Source of the DNA: Bdellovibrionia bacterium
Lineage (GTDB): Bacteria > Bdellovibrionota > UBA1018
Length of the DNA stretch: 19,820 bases
Direction: 5' to 3'
Assembly: GCA_049424145.1 (NCBI GenBank)
Contig: JBMSSC010000042.1
Span: 1-19,820 of the forward strand
The translations under genes were made by a program, and so were the position numbers. The first letter of the stretch is position 1. Each line of letters begins with the position of its first letter. The notes beneath the pieces are model-generated. The model was not told the origin of the DNA and did not search any database. It saw nothing but the letters and a program-made list of their open reading frames with translations. Shown here piece by piece: positions 7,963 to 17,345 of this stretch.

Positions 7963-10900
7963 ATGGATAAACAACACGAAGAGTCGAATTTAGATTCCCG
8001 AGGTGCGCAAAACGAGTTTGTTCCTCCTCGTCACTGGATTGGTCCTGAGGAGTTAGATCCCGGTTATTGGGCTGATCCTCAAGTGAAGGAAAAAAGGGGC
8101 CAGGAGTTTTACGAGAAGCCAGTGGAATGGCTTGATCGAATCGATCAATCGGCTCAAGGAGGCGCTTCACGTCGTGACTTTCTCACGGTGATGGGAGCCA
8201 GCATGGCGATGGCTAGTTTTGCATGCGCTCGGCGTCCCGTGCATAAGATTATTCCTTACGTGGTGAAGCCTGAAGAGATTACTCCCGGTGTTCCCAATTG
8301 GTATGCCTCCACCTGTATGGAGTGCTCCTCCCACTGTGGGATCTTGGTGAAGGACCGAGAGGGGCGTCCCATTAAGCTTGAGGGAAATCCGGATCATCCA
8401 GTCAATCAAGGAAAGCTCTGCTCTCAGGGTCAGGCTTCTCTTCTTAATCTCTATGATCCAGATCGATTGAAGTCCCCTGTGGTGCGTTCTCGGGGCGACG
8501 GTTCGCGAAGGGAAGCGGACTGGAAGCAAGTGGACTCAGAAATCCAAGCCAAACTCAAGGCCATTGCTTCTCAAAATGGTCGAGTCAAAATTTTAAGCCC
8601 GGAAATTTCGGGTGATTCCACTCGACGATTAGTAAAGGAGTTTCTCTCGGCCTTTGCTCAGGGAGAGTGGGTTGAGTTTGATCCTCTGTCCTTAGAAGAA
8701 ATTGCTTCAGCTCAAGCTGATTCTTACGGTACGGCTGTGATCCCCTCCTATGAGTTTGATCGAGCCGATGTGATTGTATCGCTCGGTGCGGACTTCTTAG
8801 GGACGTGGTTGTCTCCCGTGGAGCATGCAAAAGCCTGGTCGAAGAATCGGAAGTTAAGCGGTGCTCAAGCCAAAGATGCCAAGCTCTCCAAGCTCATTTG
8901 TTTTGAGTCCATGATGAGTTTGACGGGTTCAAATGCGGATGAGCGCTACCCGGTCCGTCCTGGGGACGAGCTCAAAGTGGCTTTATCCCTTGCTCATGAG
9001 TTAGTAGTGAGACAAAAGCTCTCGAAGCTGGCTCAATCTCCCGAAGTCGTCGCAGCATTGAAGTCCTATGAGCCTGAAAAGGTCGGAGCTGAGATTGGGA
9101 TCGAAGGGTATGCCGGAAAGATCAAGTCTTAGGCCTCTGAGCTTTGGGCAAATCGAGGTAAAAGCCTGATTGTCGGTGGAGGAATTCAGACCAAAACGCA
9201 ACAGGCTGTTGCGCTTCAAATTGCTGTGAATCTGTTGAACTCCGCATTGGAGAACGACGGGAGCACGGTGGATGGAGTATGGGGAGCCTCTGCACAGAGG
9301 AGCTCTTTTGCTCGAGTCTCTCAGCTCATCGCTGAGATGCAAGCAGGGCGAGTGGATGCGTTGATTGTCTATCGAAGCAATCCTGTTTACACTTTACCTG
9401 CAGTGGCTTTGGGCTTGCAGGAAGCGATGAAGAAAGTACCGCTCGTGATCTCAATTTCGGATCGTGAGGATGAGACGGCGTTGCTTTCGGATTATGTCCT
9501 CCCAGATCATCACTCGTTAGAGAACTGGGGTGATGCCAATCCGAAGCCCGGTGTTTACAGTATTCAACAACCCGCGATTGCTCCCATTCACTCCACTCGA
9601 GCCTTCCAGGAAAGCTTGCTTACTTGGGCTAAGACTCTGGCGCTGAAGACTCCGGGACTTGCTCTCCGGGCCGCCGATTGGCACGATTACTTGCAGAATC
9701 ACTGGAAAGAGACGATTTACAAGGAAGCTCAGGCCTTAGGATCGTTTCAGCAGTTTTGGGAAAGCGTGCTTCGCGCTGGTGTGTATAAACACCCTTCCGT
9801 GAAGGTGGGAAGAAAATCGACTCCTCGAGTTTTTCGGGCTTCTTCATTAGCCAAGCTTCCGTCTTTTGTGACTCAGAACTCGGGCGTGGTGTCTTTGGTC
9901 CTGTATTCAAAAGTCTCTTTGGGGGATGGACGAAGCGCTAACAATGCTTGGTTACAAGAACTGCCTGATCCGATTTCAACGGTGACTTGGGATAATTATT
10001 TGAACCTTGGTCCTGCTTTGGCTCAGAAATTAGGGCTCAAAAAAGATGACGTGGTTCGAGTACAAGTGGGATCGACTTCAGCCGAGCTCCCTGTCTACGT
10101 TCAGCCGGGGCTTCACCCTGAAGTGGCTGCAGTTGCCGTGGGTTATGGGCGTAAAGCGGCAGGGAAGGTGGGCAACGGAGCTGGGGTGGATGTCTATCCG
10201 TTTGTTCAAGTGCAGGGCAATCAATTGGTGTTCTCGGGGCAGCCCGTGATCATTCAAAAGACCGGGAAATTCTACTCGTTAGCCGCAACCCAGTGGCATG
10301 GGGCAACTGAGAATCGTCCTATCATCAACGATATTACGCTCGCGCAATTCAAGAAAGATCCTGCTGCCTCGAATCATACGGATCCTCATTTGAGGCTCGA
10401 TCCGGTGCCTTCGATGTGGAAGCCGCATGAGTACCCAACTTATCGTTGGGGAATGGCCATTGATTTGAACTCGTGCACCGGTTGTGGTGCTTGTATGGTG
10501 GCCTGTCAGGCGGAGAACAACATCCCTGTGGTGGGAAGGGATCAAGTGCGCGTGAGTCGTCAGATGCACTGGATTCGCATTGATCGCTACTACTCGGGTT
10601 CACCTGAGAATCCTGATGTGGTCTTTCAACCCATGCTGTGTCAGCACTGTGAGAATGCCTCTTGTGAAACGGTGTGTCCTGTGCTGGCAACGGTTCATGA
10701 CGAAGAGGGATTGAACGTTCAGGTCTACAATCGATGCGTGGGAACTCGGTACTGTCAGAATAACTGTCCTTACAAAGTTCGCCGCTTTAATTTCTTCGAT
10801 CACTGGAAGACCTATCAGGGGACCATGAACATGGTCTGGAATCCCGATGTCACGGTTCGTACCCGCGGGATCATGGAAAAGTGCACGTTCTGTACTCAGC

Positions 10901-11178
10901 GGATCCAAGAAGCAAAGGATCATGCTAAAGATGCAGGCGAAATGGTGAAGGATGGTCAGTTGAAGACGGCCTGTCAGCAGACTTGTCCAACGGATGCCAT
11001 CGTTTTCGGGGATTTAAATGATCCAAAGAGCAAGGTTTCTCAGATGAAGACCAGTCCTCAGGCATTCCGAGTGCTTGAAGTTCTCAATACGAAACCTTCG
11101 GTCTCTTATCTGACGAAGGTCAGAAATAAGGAAAGTGCTCCTCATTCCGGACATGGAGCTGGGGCAGAACATGCTTAA
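7963..11178 (+). pseudogene. actB: Alternative Complex III subunit ActB (TAT-exported molybdopterin-oxidoreductase-like domain fused to Fe-S domain), interrupted by one in-frame TAG at 9130-9132
   Basis: TAT motif SRRDFL plus lipobox-like ASFAC; IIPYV, GRPIKLEGNPDHP, LYDPDRL, ANNAWLQELPDP; Fe-S motifs CTGCGACMVAC, CQHCENASCETVC, CVGTRYCQNNC, EKCTFC, ACQQTC. ORFs 7948..9132 and 9226..11178 are in the same frame (offset 1278 nt), and the gap translates without another stop as ASELWANRGKSLIVGGGIQTKTQQAVALQIA. ATG at 7963 is preferred over TTG at 7948. Gene identity is firm; pseudogene status is not. Confidence 0.85.
9130..9132 (+). other. Premature in-frame amber (TAG) codon within actB
   Basis: ATC AAG TCT TAG GCC TCT GAG CTT TGG = I K S * A S E L W. 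Confidence 0.95.
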
Positions 11179-11211
11179 ACGATTCGTGTCGAGGAAGAGG
11201 TGAATAGAGCC

Positions 11212-12621
11212 ATGGCAACTTCCAGTGAGAGTGTAAAATACACGCCTGATGTTCTTGTAACAGGGGGCAAAACCTTCGCCGATGTGAACAACGACATCTC
11301 GGCCCCTTTGGAGCGATTCCCCAATCAGAAATGGTGGGCTTGCTTTATTTTGGCGATCTGTGCCTTCAGCGTCGGTGCAGTTCTCGCAGCGCGCATGTTC
11401 ATGGATGGTCTCGGGGTCTTGGGCCTCAATCAGCCCAATGGCTGGGGGATCTTCATTGTGAACTTTGTGTTCTGGGTAGGGATTGGTCACGCAGGAACGT
11501 TGATTTCGGCTGTGCTTTTCCTCTTTCGACAGAAGTGGCGAACTGCAATCAATCGTTCGGCTGAAGCCATGACGATTTTTGCGGTCATCACGGCTCTGTT
11601 GTTCCCAGTGATTCATACGGGTAGGCCCTGGTATGCAGCCATTTGGTTGCTTCCTTACCCCAATCAGCGGCACCTTTGGGTGAACTTTAGATCCCCATTG
11701 CTCTGGGACGTTTTTGCTGTGGGCACTTACTTCACAATCTCTCTGGTGTTTTGGTTTGTGGGTTTAATTCCTGACCTAGCGACCGTTCGAGATCGAGCCA
11801 AGCATCCCGTTCGTAAGTTCATCTATTCCATTCTTTCCTTAGGATGGAGGGGTTCGAATAAGGCTTGGGGGCACTATGAAATCGCCTACATGCTTTTGGC
11901 AGGCCTTTCGACGCCTCTGGTGCTCTCGGTGCACAGCGTGGTGTCGTTTGACTTTGCCGTCTCCAATCTTCCCGGTTGGCATACGACGATTTTTCCGCCC
12001 TACTTTGTGGCAGGCGCGATTTTCTCAGGGTTTGCAATGGTGGTGACCCTCTTAGTGATTGCGCGTGAGATGTTCAATCTGAAGAACTACATCACGCTGG
12101 ATCACTTAGAGAAGATGAATAAGATCATCATGGCCACTGGGATGACCGTGGGCTATGCATACGCTTGTGAGTTCTTCATTGCCTGGTACAGTGGGAGCCC
12201 CTTTGAGCGTTTTGCATTTATCAATCGAGCTTTTGGCCCGTATTGGTGGGCTTACTGGACCATGGCGGTCTGCAACGTCGTGATTCCGCAACTCTTTTGG
12301 TTCAAAAAATTCCGCACCAGCATTCCTGTGATGTTTGTGGTCTCTTTATTCGTGAACATCGGGATGTGGTTTGAGCGGTTTGTGATTGTCGTGACTTCCT
12401 TGCATCGGGATTTTCTTCCTTCAAACTGGAGATACTATGTCCCGACTTGGTATGACTGGGGAATCACTCTGGGAAGCTTTGGTTGGTTCTTCATCTTCTT
12501 CCTGCTGTTTTGCCGAGTGCTTCCCGTGATTGCCATGGCTGAAGTCAAAAGCGTCATGCCGTCTCCTCAAGGAGATGGGCATCATCCTGAATCCATCAAG
12601 GAGGTTCCTAGCCATGTCTAA
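11212..12621 (+). CDS. actC: Alternative Complex III quinol-oxidising membrane subunit (NrfD/PsrC family)
   Basis: Motifs [105 protein letters not shown] favours the ATG at 11212 over the GTG at 11200. Confidence 0.95.
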   Translation: MATSSESVKYTPDVLVTGGKTFADVNNDISAPLERFPNQKWWACFILAICAFSVGAVLAARMFMDGLGVLGLNQPNGWGIFIVNFVFWVGIGHAGTLISAVLFLFRQKWRTAINRSAEAMTIFAVITALLFPVIHTGRPWYAAIWLLPYPNQRHLWVNFRSPLLWDVFAVGTYFTISLVFWFVGLIPDLATVRDRAKHPVRKFIYSILSLGWRGSNKAWGHYEIAYMLLAGLSTPLVLSVHSVVSFDFAVSNLPGWHTTIFPPYFVAGAIFSGFAMVVTLLVIAREMFNLKNYITLDHLEKMNKIIMATGMTVGYAYACEFFIAWYSGSPFERFAFINRAFGPYWWAYWTMAVCNVVIPQLFWFKKFRTSIPVMFVVSLFVNIGMWFERFVIVVTSLHRDFLPSNWRYYVPTWYDWGITLGSFGWFFIFFLLFCRVLPVIAMAEVKSVMPSPQGDGHHPESIKEVPSHV

Positions 12622-13189
12622 AGCGACAGAACAGAAAACGTTGGCAGGAGTGATCGGTTTCTTTGATGATCCCCATGCTTTGATGAAAGCCACGGAGAAG
12701 GTCCGCGATGCTCGCTACCGGGATTTCGACGCTTACACGCCTTATCCCGTACATGGTCTCATTGAGGCACAAGGCTTAAAGCGTTCTCCGTTGCCGTTTG
12801 TGACTTTTGCGGGGGGATTGACGGGATTAACTTTAGGGTTTCTCCTTCAGTACTGGACTTCGGCTGTGGACTGGCCTTTGATTGTCGGTGGAAAGCCATT
12901 TAACTCTTTAGCGGCGTTTATCCCCGTGATGTTCGAGTGCACGATTTTGTTTGCTGGACTCTCCACGGTGGCTGGGATGTTCATCATCAATGGTCTTCCA
13001 AACACGAAAAAGAAGGCCTTTGACCCGAGTCTGACGCGGGACCGATTTGCACTGGTCATTGAGCCTCCCTCCAAGCCCTACTCCCCAGGCGGAGCGTTTA
13101 AGGAATTTAATGAGGCCGAGGCGTCTGAGTTTTTAAAGAAAACAGGGGCCAAAGAGGTCAGAAGTGTCTACTCTGAGGGATGGTTCTAA
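12614..13189 (+). CDS. actD: Alternative Complex III subunit ActD (DUF3341 family)
   Basis: Motifs [46 protein letters not shown]; two TM helices. AAGGAGG SD before the ATG at 12614, which overlaps the actC end by 8 nt. The ORF-track start at 12530 is likely too early. Confidence 0.92.
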   Translation: MSKATEQKTLAGVIGFFDDPHALMKATEKVRDARYRDFDAYTPYPVHGLIEAQGLKRSPLPFVTFAGGLTGLTLGFLLQYWTSAVDWPLIVGGKPFNSLAAFIPVMFECTILFAGLSTVAGMFIINGLPNTKKKAFDPSLTRDRFALVIEPPSKPYSPGGAFKEFNEAEASEFLKKTGAKEVRSVYSEGWF

Positions 13190-13192
13190 GTT

Positions 13193-13795
13193 ATGTTAAA
13201 AATGAAAAACTCCCCCATGTCTTTTCTCGGGTGTTCTCCAAGGGTATCATTCGTTGCGTTGGGTCTTCTTTCTGGGCTCATTTGGAGCGGATGTCGTCAT
13301 GAGAAGCCCAATGTGATTTATATGCCGGATATGGTTTATTCTCCTGCGATGAAGGCTCAGCAGCCTGGGGAGATGATGATGCCCGTGGCAGGAACCGTGG
13401 ATCGGAATTTTCAGCCTTATCCTTACCCAAATGATCCCGAAGCAGCAGGCAGGGAGTTGAAAAATCCTCTTCAGCCCACGCTTGAGGTTCTCAAGCGTGG
13501 CAAGCACGTTTATGAGACCTATTGCATCGTGTGCCATGGGCCTTCAGCCGAGGGAGATGGTTACATTGTGCCCAAATACCCACGACCCCCGTCTTTGCAT
13601 TCGGAGAAAGTCACTCAGTGGAACGATGGCAGTATTTACCACGTCATTACGATGGGTCAGAATTTGATGCCAAGCTACGCCTCACAGATTGCCTCGGGGG
13701 ATCGCTGGGCCACCATTCACTACGTTCGCGCTCTTCAGCGTTCGAAGAAACCGACCCCAGAAGATGTTCAAGTTTACGATCAGGAGTCTAAGTAA
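13193..13795 (+). CDS. actE: Alternative Complex III monoheme cytochrome c lipoprotein
   Basis: Lipobox-like LIWSGC, YMPDMVYS, PVAGTV, single CIVCH, MPSYASQI, DRWATIHYVRALQ. Confidence 0.92.
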   Translation: MLKMKNSPMSFLGCSPRVSFVALGLLSGLIWSGCRHEKPNVIYMPDMVYSPAMKAQQPGEMMMPVAGTVDRNFQPYPYPNDPEAAGRELKNPLQPTLEVLKRGKHVYETYCIVCHGPSAEGDGYIVPKYPRPPSLHSEKVTQWNDGSIYHVITMGQNLMPSYASQIASGDRWATIHYVRALQRSKKPTPEDVQVYDQESK

Positions 13796-13798
13796 GTT

Positions 13799-15004
13799 AT
13801 GGCAAATCCCGGTACAGTGGCAACAGAGATGAAAAACCCAGGTCCCTGGATCATTCCCAGTGGCCTGAAAAAGGTATTGATTGCTTTTGTGATCCTAGGA
13901 GGAGTGACCTTCCTTGCAGGCTTGAAGGTCGATCCAGTTCGTACCTGGGCCAGTTTTGTTCACAATCACTTCTATTTCCTCTCGTTGGGTTTGGGCGGTT
14001 TGTTCTTTGCCTCGATTCAGTGGATCACAGGCTCCATGTGGAGTGCGCCTCTGCGGAGATTGGCTGAGGCCTTGACTTCGTATTTGCCCGTGGTGTTTCT
14101 CACTTTCGGCCTTTTGTACTTCGGAATTCCTCATTTGTACCTCTGGAGTCACGCATCACACGTTCAAGGCGATCTCGTCTTGGAGGGTAAGTCGGGGTAT
14201 TTAAACGTTTCGTTTTTCACCCTTCGAAACCTCCTGGCCATTGGCCTTTGGTGTCTGTTTGCAATGAAGATGGTGGGAAATTCTCTGGCTCAGGATCAGA
14301 GTGGTGAGTACAAGCTGACGCTGAAGAATCGGGTTCTTTCCCCTGCCTTTTTGGCTCTGTTTGCCATCACCTTTACCATGGCCTCCTTTGATCAGTTGAT
14401 GTCTTTGGATCCCCATTGGTTTAGCACGATGTTTGGAGTCTACTGCTTTGCAGGGCTCTTTTACTCCACGCTTGCAGCCATCTGCTTGCTTTCGCTTTAC
14501 ATGATTTCCAATGGGCAATTAAAGTCCTTCATCAACGTCAATCACATGCATGATTTAGGTCAGTTCATGTTTGGGTTTACGGTGTTTTGGGCCTACATTG
14601 GTTTTTCTCAGTTCATGCTCATTTGGTACGCCAATTTGCCTGAGGAGACGGGTTACTTTATTCACCGTTTAAGTGGCGGCTGGGTGCAAGTTTCATTCTT
14701 CTTGTTGGTGGGTAAGTTCATGGTCCCCTTCTTGTCGTTGCTACCTCGTCATGCCAAGAGGAATTTTGTGACTTTACGGAACGTTGCGATTTTTATGCTC
14801 GTTGCGCAATGGATCGACGTGATGTGGATGGTGCAGCCTGAGTTTTTTGCACAAGGACCCAAGTTCGGCTGGATGGAAATTGGCTTAACTTTAGGCTTTC
14901 TGGGGATGTTTGGGCTTGCCATTGCACGCTTCTTATCTCGTCATAGCACGGTGGCCATTGGCGATCCAAGGTTAGCTGAAGCAGTCTTTCATCATCACCT
15001 TTAA
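13799..15004 (+). CDS. actF: Alternative Complex III membrane subunit ActF
   Basis: Multi-TM protein with WSAPLRRLAEA, YLNVSFF, DQLMSLDPHWFSTMFG, HMHDLGQFMFGF, FSQFMLIWYANLPEET, IGDPRL. Confidence 0.93.
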   Translation: MANPGTVATEMKNPGPWIIPSGLKKVLIAFVILGGVTFLAGLKVDPVRTWASFVHNHFYFLSLGLGGLFFASIQWITGSMWSAPLRRLAEALTSYLPVVFLTFGLLYFGIPHLYLWSHASHVQGDLVLEGKSGYLNVSFFTLRNLLAIGLWCLFAMKMVGNSLAQDQSGEYKLTLKNRVLSPAFLALFAITFTMASFDQLMSLDPHWFSTMFGVYCFAGLFYSTLAAICLLSLYMISNGQLKSFINVNHMHDLGQFMFGFTVFWAYIGFSQFMLIWYANLPEETGYFIHRLSGGWVQVSFFLLVGKFMVPFLSLLPRHAKRNFVTLRNVAIFMLVAQWIDVMWMVQPEFFAQGPKFGWMEIGLTLGFLGMFGLAIARFLSRHSTVAIGDPRLAEAVFHHHL

Positions 15005-15082
15005 AGAGCAGCAGAAGGCTTCCTTTTGGCTTGCTGCGAAGAAGCGCTAGAAAATCGGAGCTAGTTGAGTCAAACTGAGCCA

Positions 15083-16480
15083 ATGAAACAAAGTGTGGGG
15101 TTTCTCAGGCTCGCCTTAGGGATTGGCTTATGGTTTGCTCTTGGCTGCAAGCCCGCTTATGATCCGATGCTTCCCGATTCGGCGACCTTGGGAAATCCTC
15201 GGGGAAAAAGGATAGTGAGATCCATTGCTCACTTTCACTCCCCTTACTCGTGGGATGCTTGCGATCGAGATGGTCTGTCCGGCGGGAGGCTGAACCCCAG
15301 TTGTCTGGCTCACTTGAGGGCGGCTTTGTGCATGAACCGGGTGGATTTGCTGTTTTTAACGGATCACCCCAATGCCATGCATGCCTATGAGATGCGGGAA
15401 TTGCTTCTGACCTCAGACCAGGATCATCTGGTCAATCAGAATGGTTCCCCCGTCGTCAACCAAATGAGTGGGTGTGCCGGGGGGTTTACACCGGAGATTC
15501 TTGTTGGCTTTGAGAGTCAGTTGATGGCCCTGGGAATGACGGCTCATCTGGATCCTGACCCCCAAGTCCGAAAAACCCTTTACGATCAGGACTCTCTTTC
15601 TCTTCGAACTCGACTGGCCAACGAGGCTCACGCCGTGGTGATGATTCCGCACATCGAAAGTAGATCCGTGGAGGCGATGGAGGCATTGGCGCCCGATGGG
15701 GTGGAGATTTACAATTTTCACGCCAATGTAGATCCTAAGATTCGCGTTTCCAGTTTGCAGGCCCCACCTTTTCAGAATATTCCTGGGTTTTTAAGTTTTC
15801 TAGTGGATCCCTACGGTGAGTTGAATCCTGATTTTTCGTTTCTCAATTTTATTGAGGTTTTTCCCGTGTACTTGAAAAAGTGGGACACTCTGCTCTCACA
15901 CGGTCTTCGGGTTGCAGGCTTTGGTGGATCCGATAGTCACGAAAATGTATTTCCTCAGGTCGCTCAAGATGGCGAGCGATTGGACTCGCATCGAAGGATC
16001 ATGCGCTTTATGTCCAATCACCTGTGGGTGAGTACCAAAGAGGCGGATGCCATCAAGCAAGCCATGAAAGCGGGGCAGGGTTGGAGCGTATTTGAAGGCC
16101 TGGGATCGCCTCTGGGGATGGACTTCTATGCTACCTTGGCGGACTCCTCCTGGGTGGGCGCAGGAGAGAGCGGATCGTTAGCCGGGGGAGTGGCACGGAT
16201 TCGGGTGAAGTGCCCGCAATTGCATCCTCAGTCACCGCGCTCGGGTCAATCGCCCCGAGTTCGAATCGTGCTGAAGCAAATTCAACCTTCAGGGGAGAGT
16301 GTCGTGGTGGCTCAAGCTCAGGACCAGGACCTCGATTGGGAGGCGTCCTCAGCAGGAGTGTTTCGAGCTGAGCTATTCATTGTGCCCAGGCATTTAAAGG
16401 GATTCCTAGGCCCGTTCTCAGGCTTCTCGGATCAGGAGTTTGCCTGGATCCTCACTAATCCCCTTTACTTGGAGTCGTAG
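15083..16480 (+). CDS. Putative lipoprotein with PHP-fold metallohydrolase domain
   Basis: Signal peptide ending FALGC. PHP-like metal ligands AHFHSPYSWD, LTDH, IPH, VEIYN, GGSDSH, and C-terminal WILTNPLY. ATG at 15083 chosen; TTG at 15065 is the alternative. Ends TAG. Confidence 0.75.
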   Translation: MKQSVGFLRLALGIGLWFALGCKPAYDPMLPDSATLGNPRGKRIVRSIAHFHSPYSWDACDRDGLSGGRLNPSCLAHLRAALCMNRVDLLFLTDHPNAMHAYEMRELLLTSDQDHLVNQNGSPVVNQMSGCAGGFTPEILVGFESQLMALGMTAHLDPDPQVRKTLYDQDSLSLRTRLANEAHAVVMIPHIESRSVEAMEALAPDGVEIYNFHANVDPKIRVSSLQAPPFQNIPGFLSFLVDPYGELNPDFSFLNFIEVFPVYLKKWDTLLSHGLRVAGFGGSDSHENVFPQVAQDGERLDSHRRIMRFMSNHLWVSTKEADAIKQAMKAGQGWSVFEGLGSPLGMDFYATLADSSWVGAGESGSLAGGVARIRVKCPQLHPQSPRSGQSPRVRIVLKQIQPSGESVVVAQAQDQDLDWEASSAGVFRAELFIVPRHLKGFLGPFSGFSDQEFAWILTNPLYLES

Positions 16481-17158
16481 TTGAAACCGCAAGGGGGATG
16501 GTTCTTGAGTCGATTTCCGGTGCGCGGTTGGATCCTCTGGGGTTTTGTTCTGCTTCTGCTCGGGGATGCGCAGGCTCTTGGGGCGGAGTGGAGGTGGGGC
16601 ACTCACCTGGGAGTCTCCTTTCCAGAGTTGCTTCAGCTGGGTGTGCGAACTCGGTGTCAGCAGGAGTGTCTCCCCATGCTTCAGGACCTTGAGTTTCACC
16701 TCAGTGGAGGAGGGATGCTTTATCCCTGGGTTCGCTCGGATCGATCCTTTGAGGTCTTAGGGGTTCAAGCAGGAACTCGCTGGTTTCCTGGGCAATCCTC
16801 GTTTTTTTTGTTGATGGATCTTGGGTACCGTCATGTGGGCGTTGCTGCGGATTTATCGTTTCTTCAAATTGAAGGCGAGACCGTGGCATCTTCCACTTCC
16901 GTGTCATTCTCTACCTTGTACGTGAAGCCGGGGTTCGGGGTGAGTTTTTCCTTGGGGCAGTCCTGGAGGTTTGAAATGGAACTTGGGGTTCAGCTTCCTT
17001 GGCTTTCCTCAGGAAGAATGAGTTTTTTGAATCAAGCCACAGGAGAAAATTCCAGTAACTCAGCACGGCTTCAAACCAACTCCGATGTGGCCATGTCCCG
17101 CATTGCAGGTCTAATTTTGCCACAGGTGACTTTAGCTCGATTTGTTCATCATTTCTAA
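16481..17158 (+). CDS. Putative outer-membrane beta-barrel protein
   Basis: Hydrophobic signal (WILWGFVLLLLGDAQA), amphipathic strands (VQAGTRWF, LMDLGYRH, YVKPGFGVSF, FEMELGVQL) and C-terminal Phe. GGAG lies 6 nt before the TTG start. Confidence 0.7.
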   Translation: MKPQGGWFLSRFPVRGWILWGFVLLLLGDAQALGAEWRWGTHLGVSFPELLQLGVRTRCQQECLPMLQDLEFHLSGGGMLYPWVRSDRSFEVLGVQAGTRWFPGQSSFFLLMDLGYRHVGVAADLSFLQIEGETVASSTSVSFSTLYVKPGFGVSFSLGQSWRFEMELGVQLPWLSSGRMSFLNQATGENSSNSARLQTNSDVAMSRIAGLILPQVTLARFVHHF

Positions 17159-17238
17159 TCCTTTTAAAGTTTAACTTAAAATTAAAGATAGACGCACTGA
17201 ATCAATTTGGAATTATCTAGGCTCCCAGCACAAAAGCC

Positions 17239-17267
17239 TTGACGATGAAGCTGAATAATTTTACTAG
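17239..17267 (+). promoter_or_regulatory. Possible sigma70-type promoter for the S41 protease gene
   Basis: TTGACG-17 nt-TACTAG with an AT-rich stretch upstream. The -10 match is imperfect. Confidence 0.3.
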
Positions 17268-17345
17268 CTCGATTTAGGGGGGTGCGTCAGCTTTCTGTTT
17301 CCCCTCATTGGGAAGTGATTCAAACGTGTGTGGAGGTCAGTGTGT

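Noticed and set aside
9226..11178. Treating the 650-aa ORF as an independent ActB2 gene
   Set aside because: It has no SD or export signal, begins mid-domain, and ActB-like sequence continues in frame upstream of the GTG to the TAG.
11014..11673. 219-aa antisense ORF, and the many other short overlapping ORFs in the track
   Set aside because: They lie opposite or out of frame within well-supported genes and show no motifs; they are shadow ORFs.
15008..15037. Terminator after actF
   Set aside because: Imperfect GCAGCA/TGCTGC stem with no following U-tract; too weak to call.
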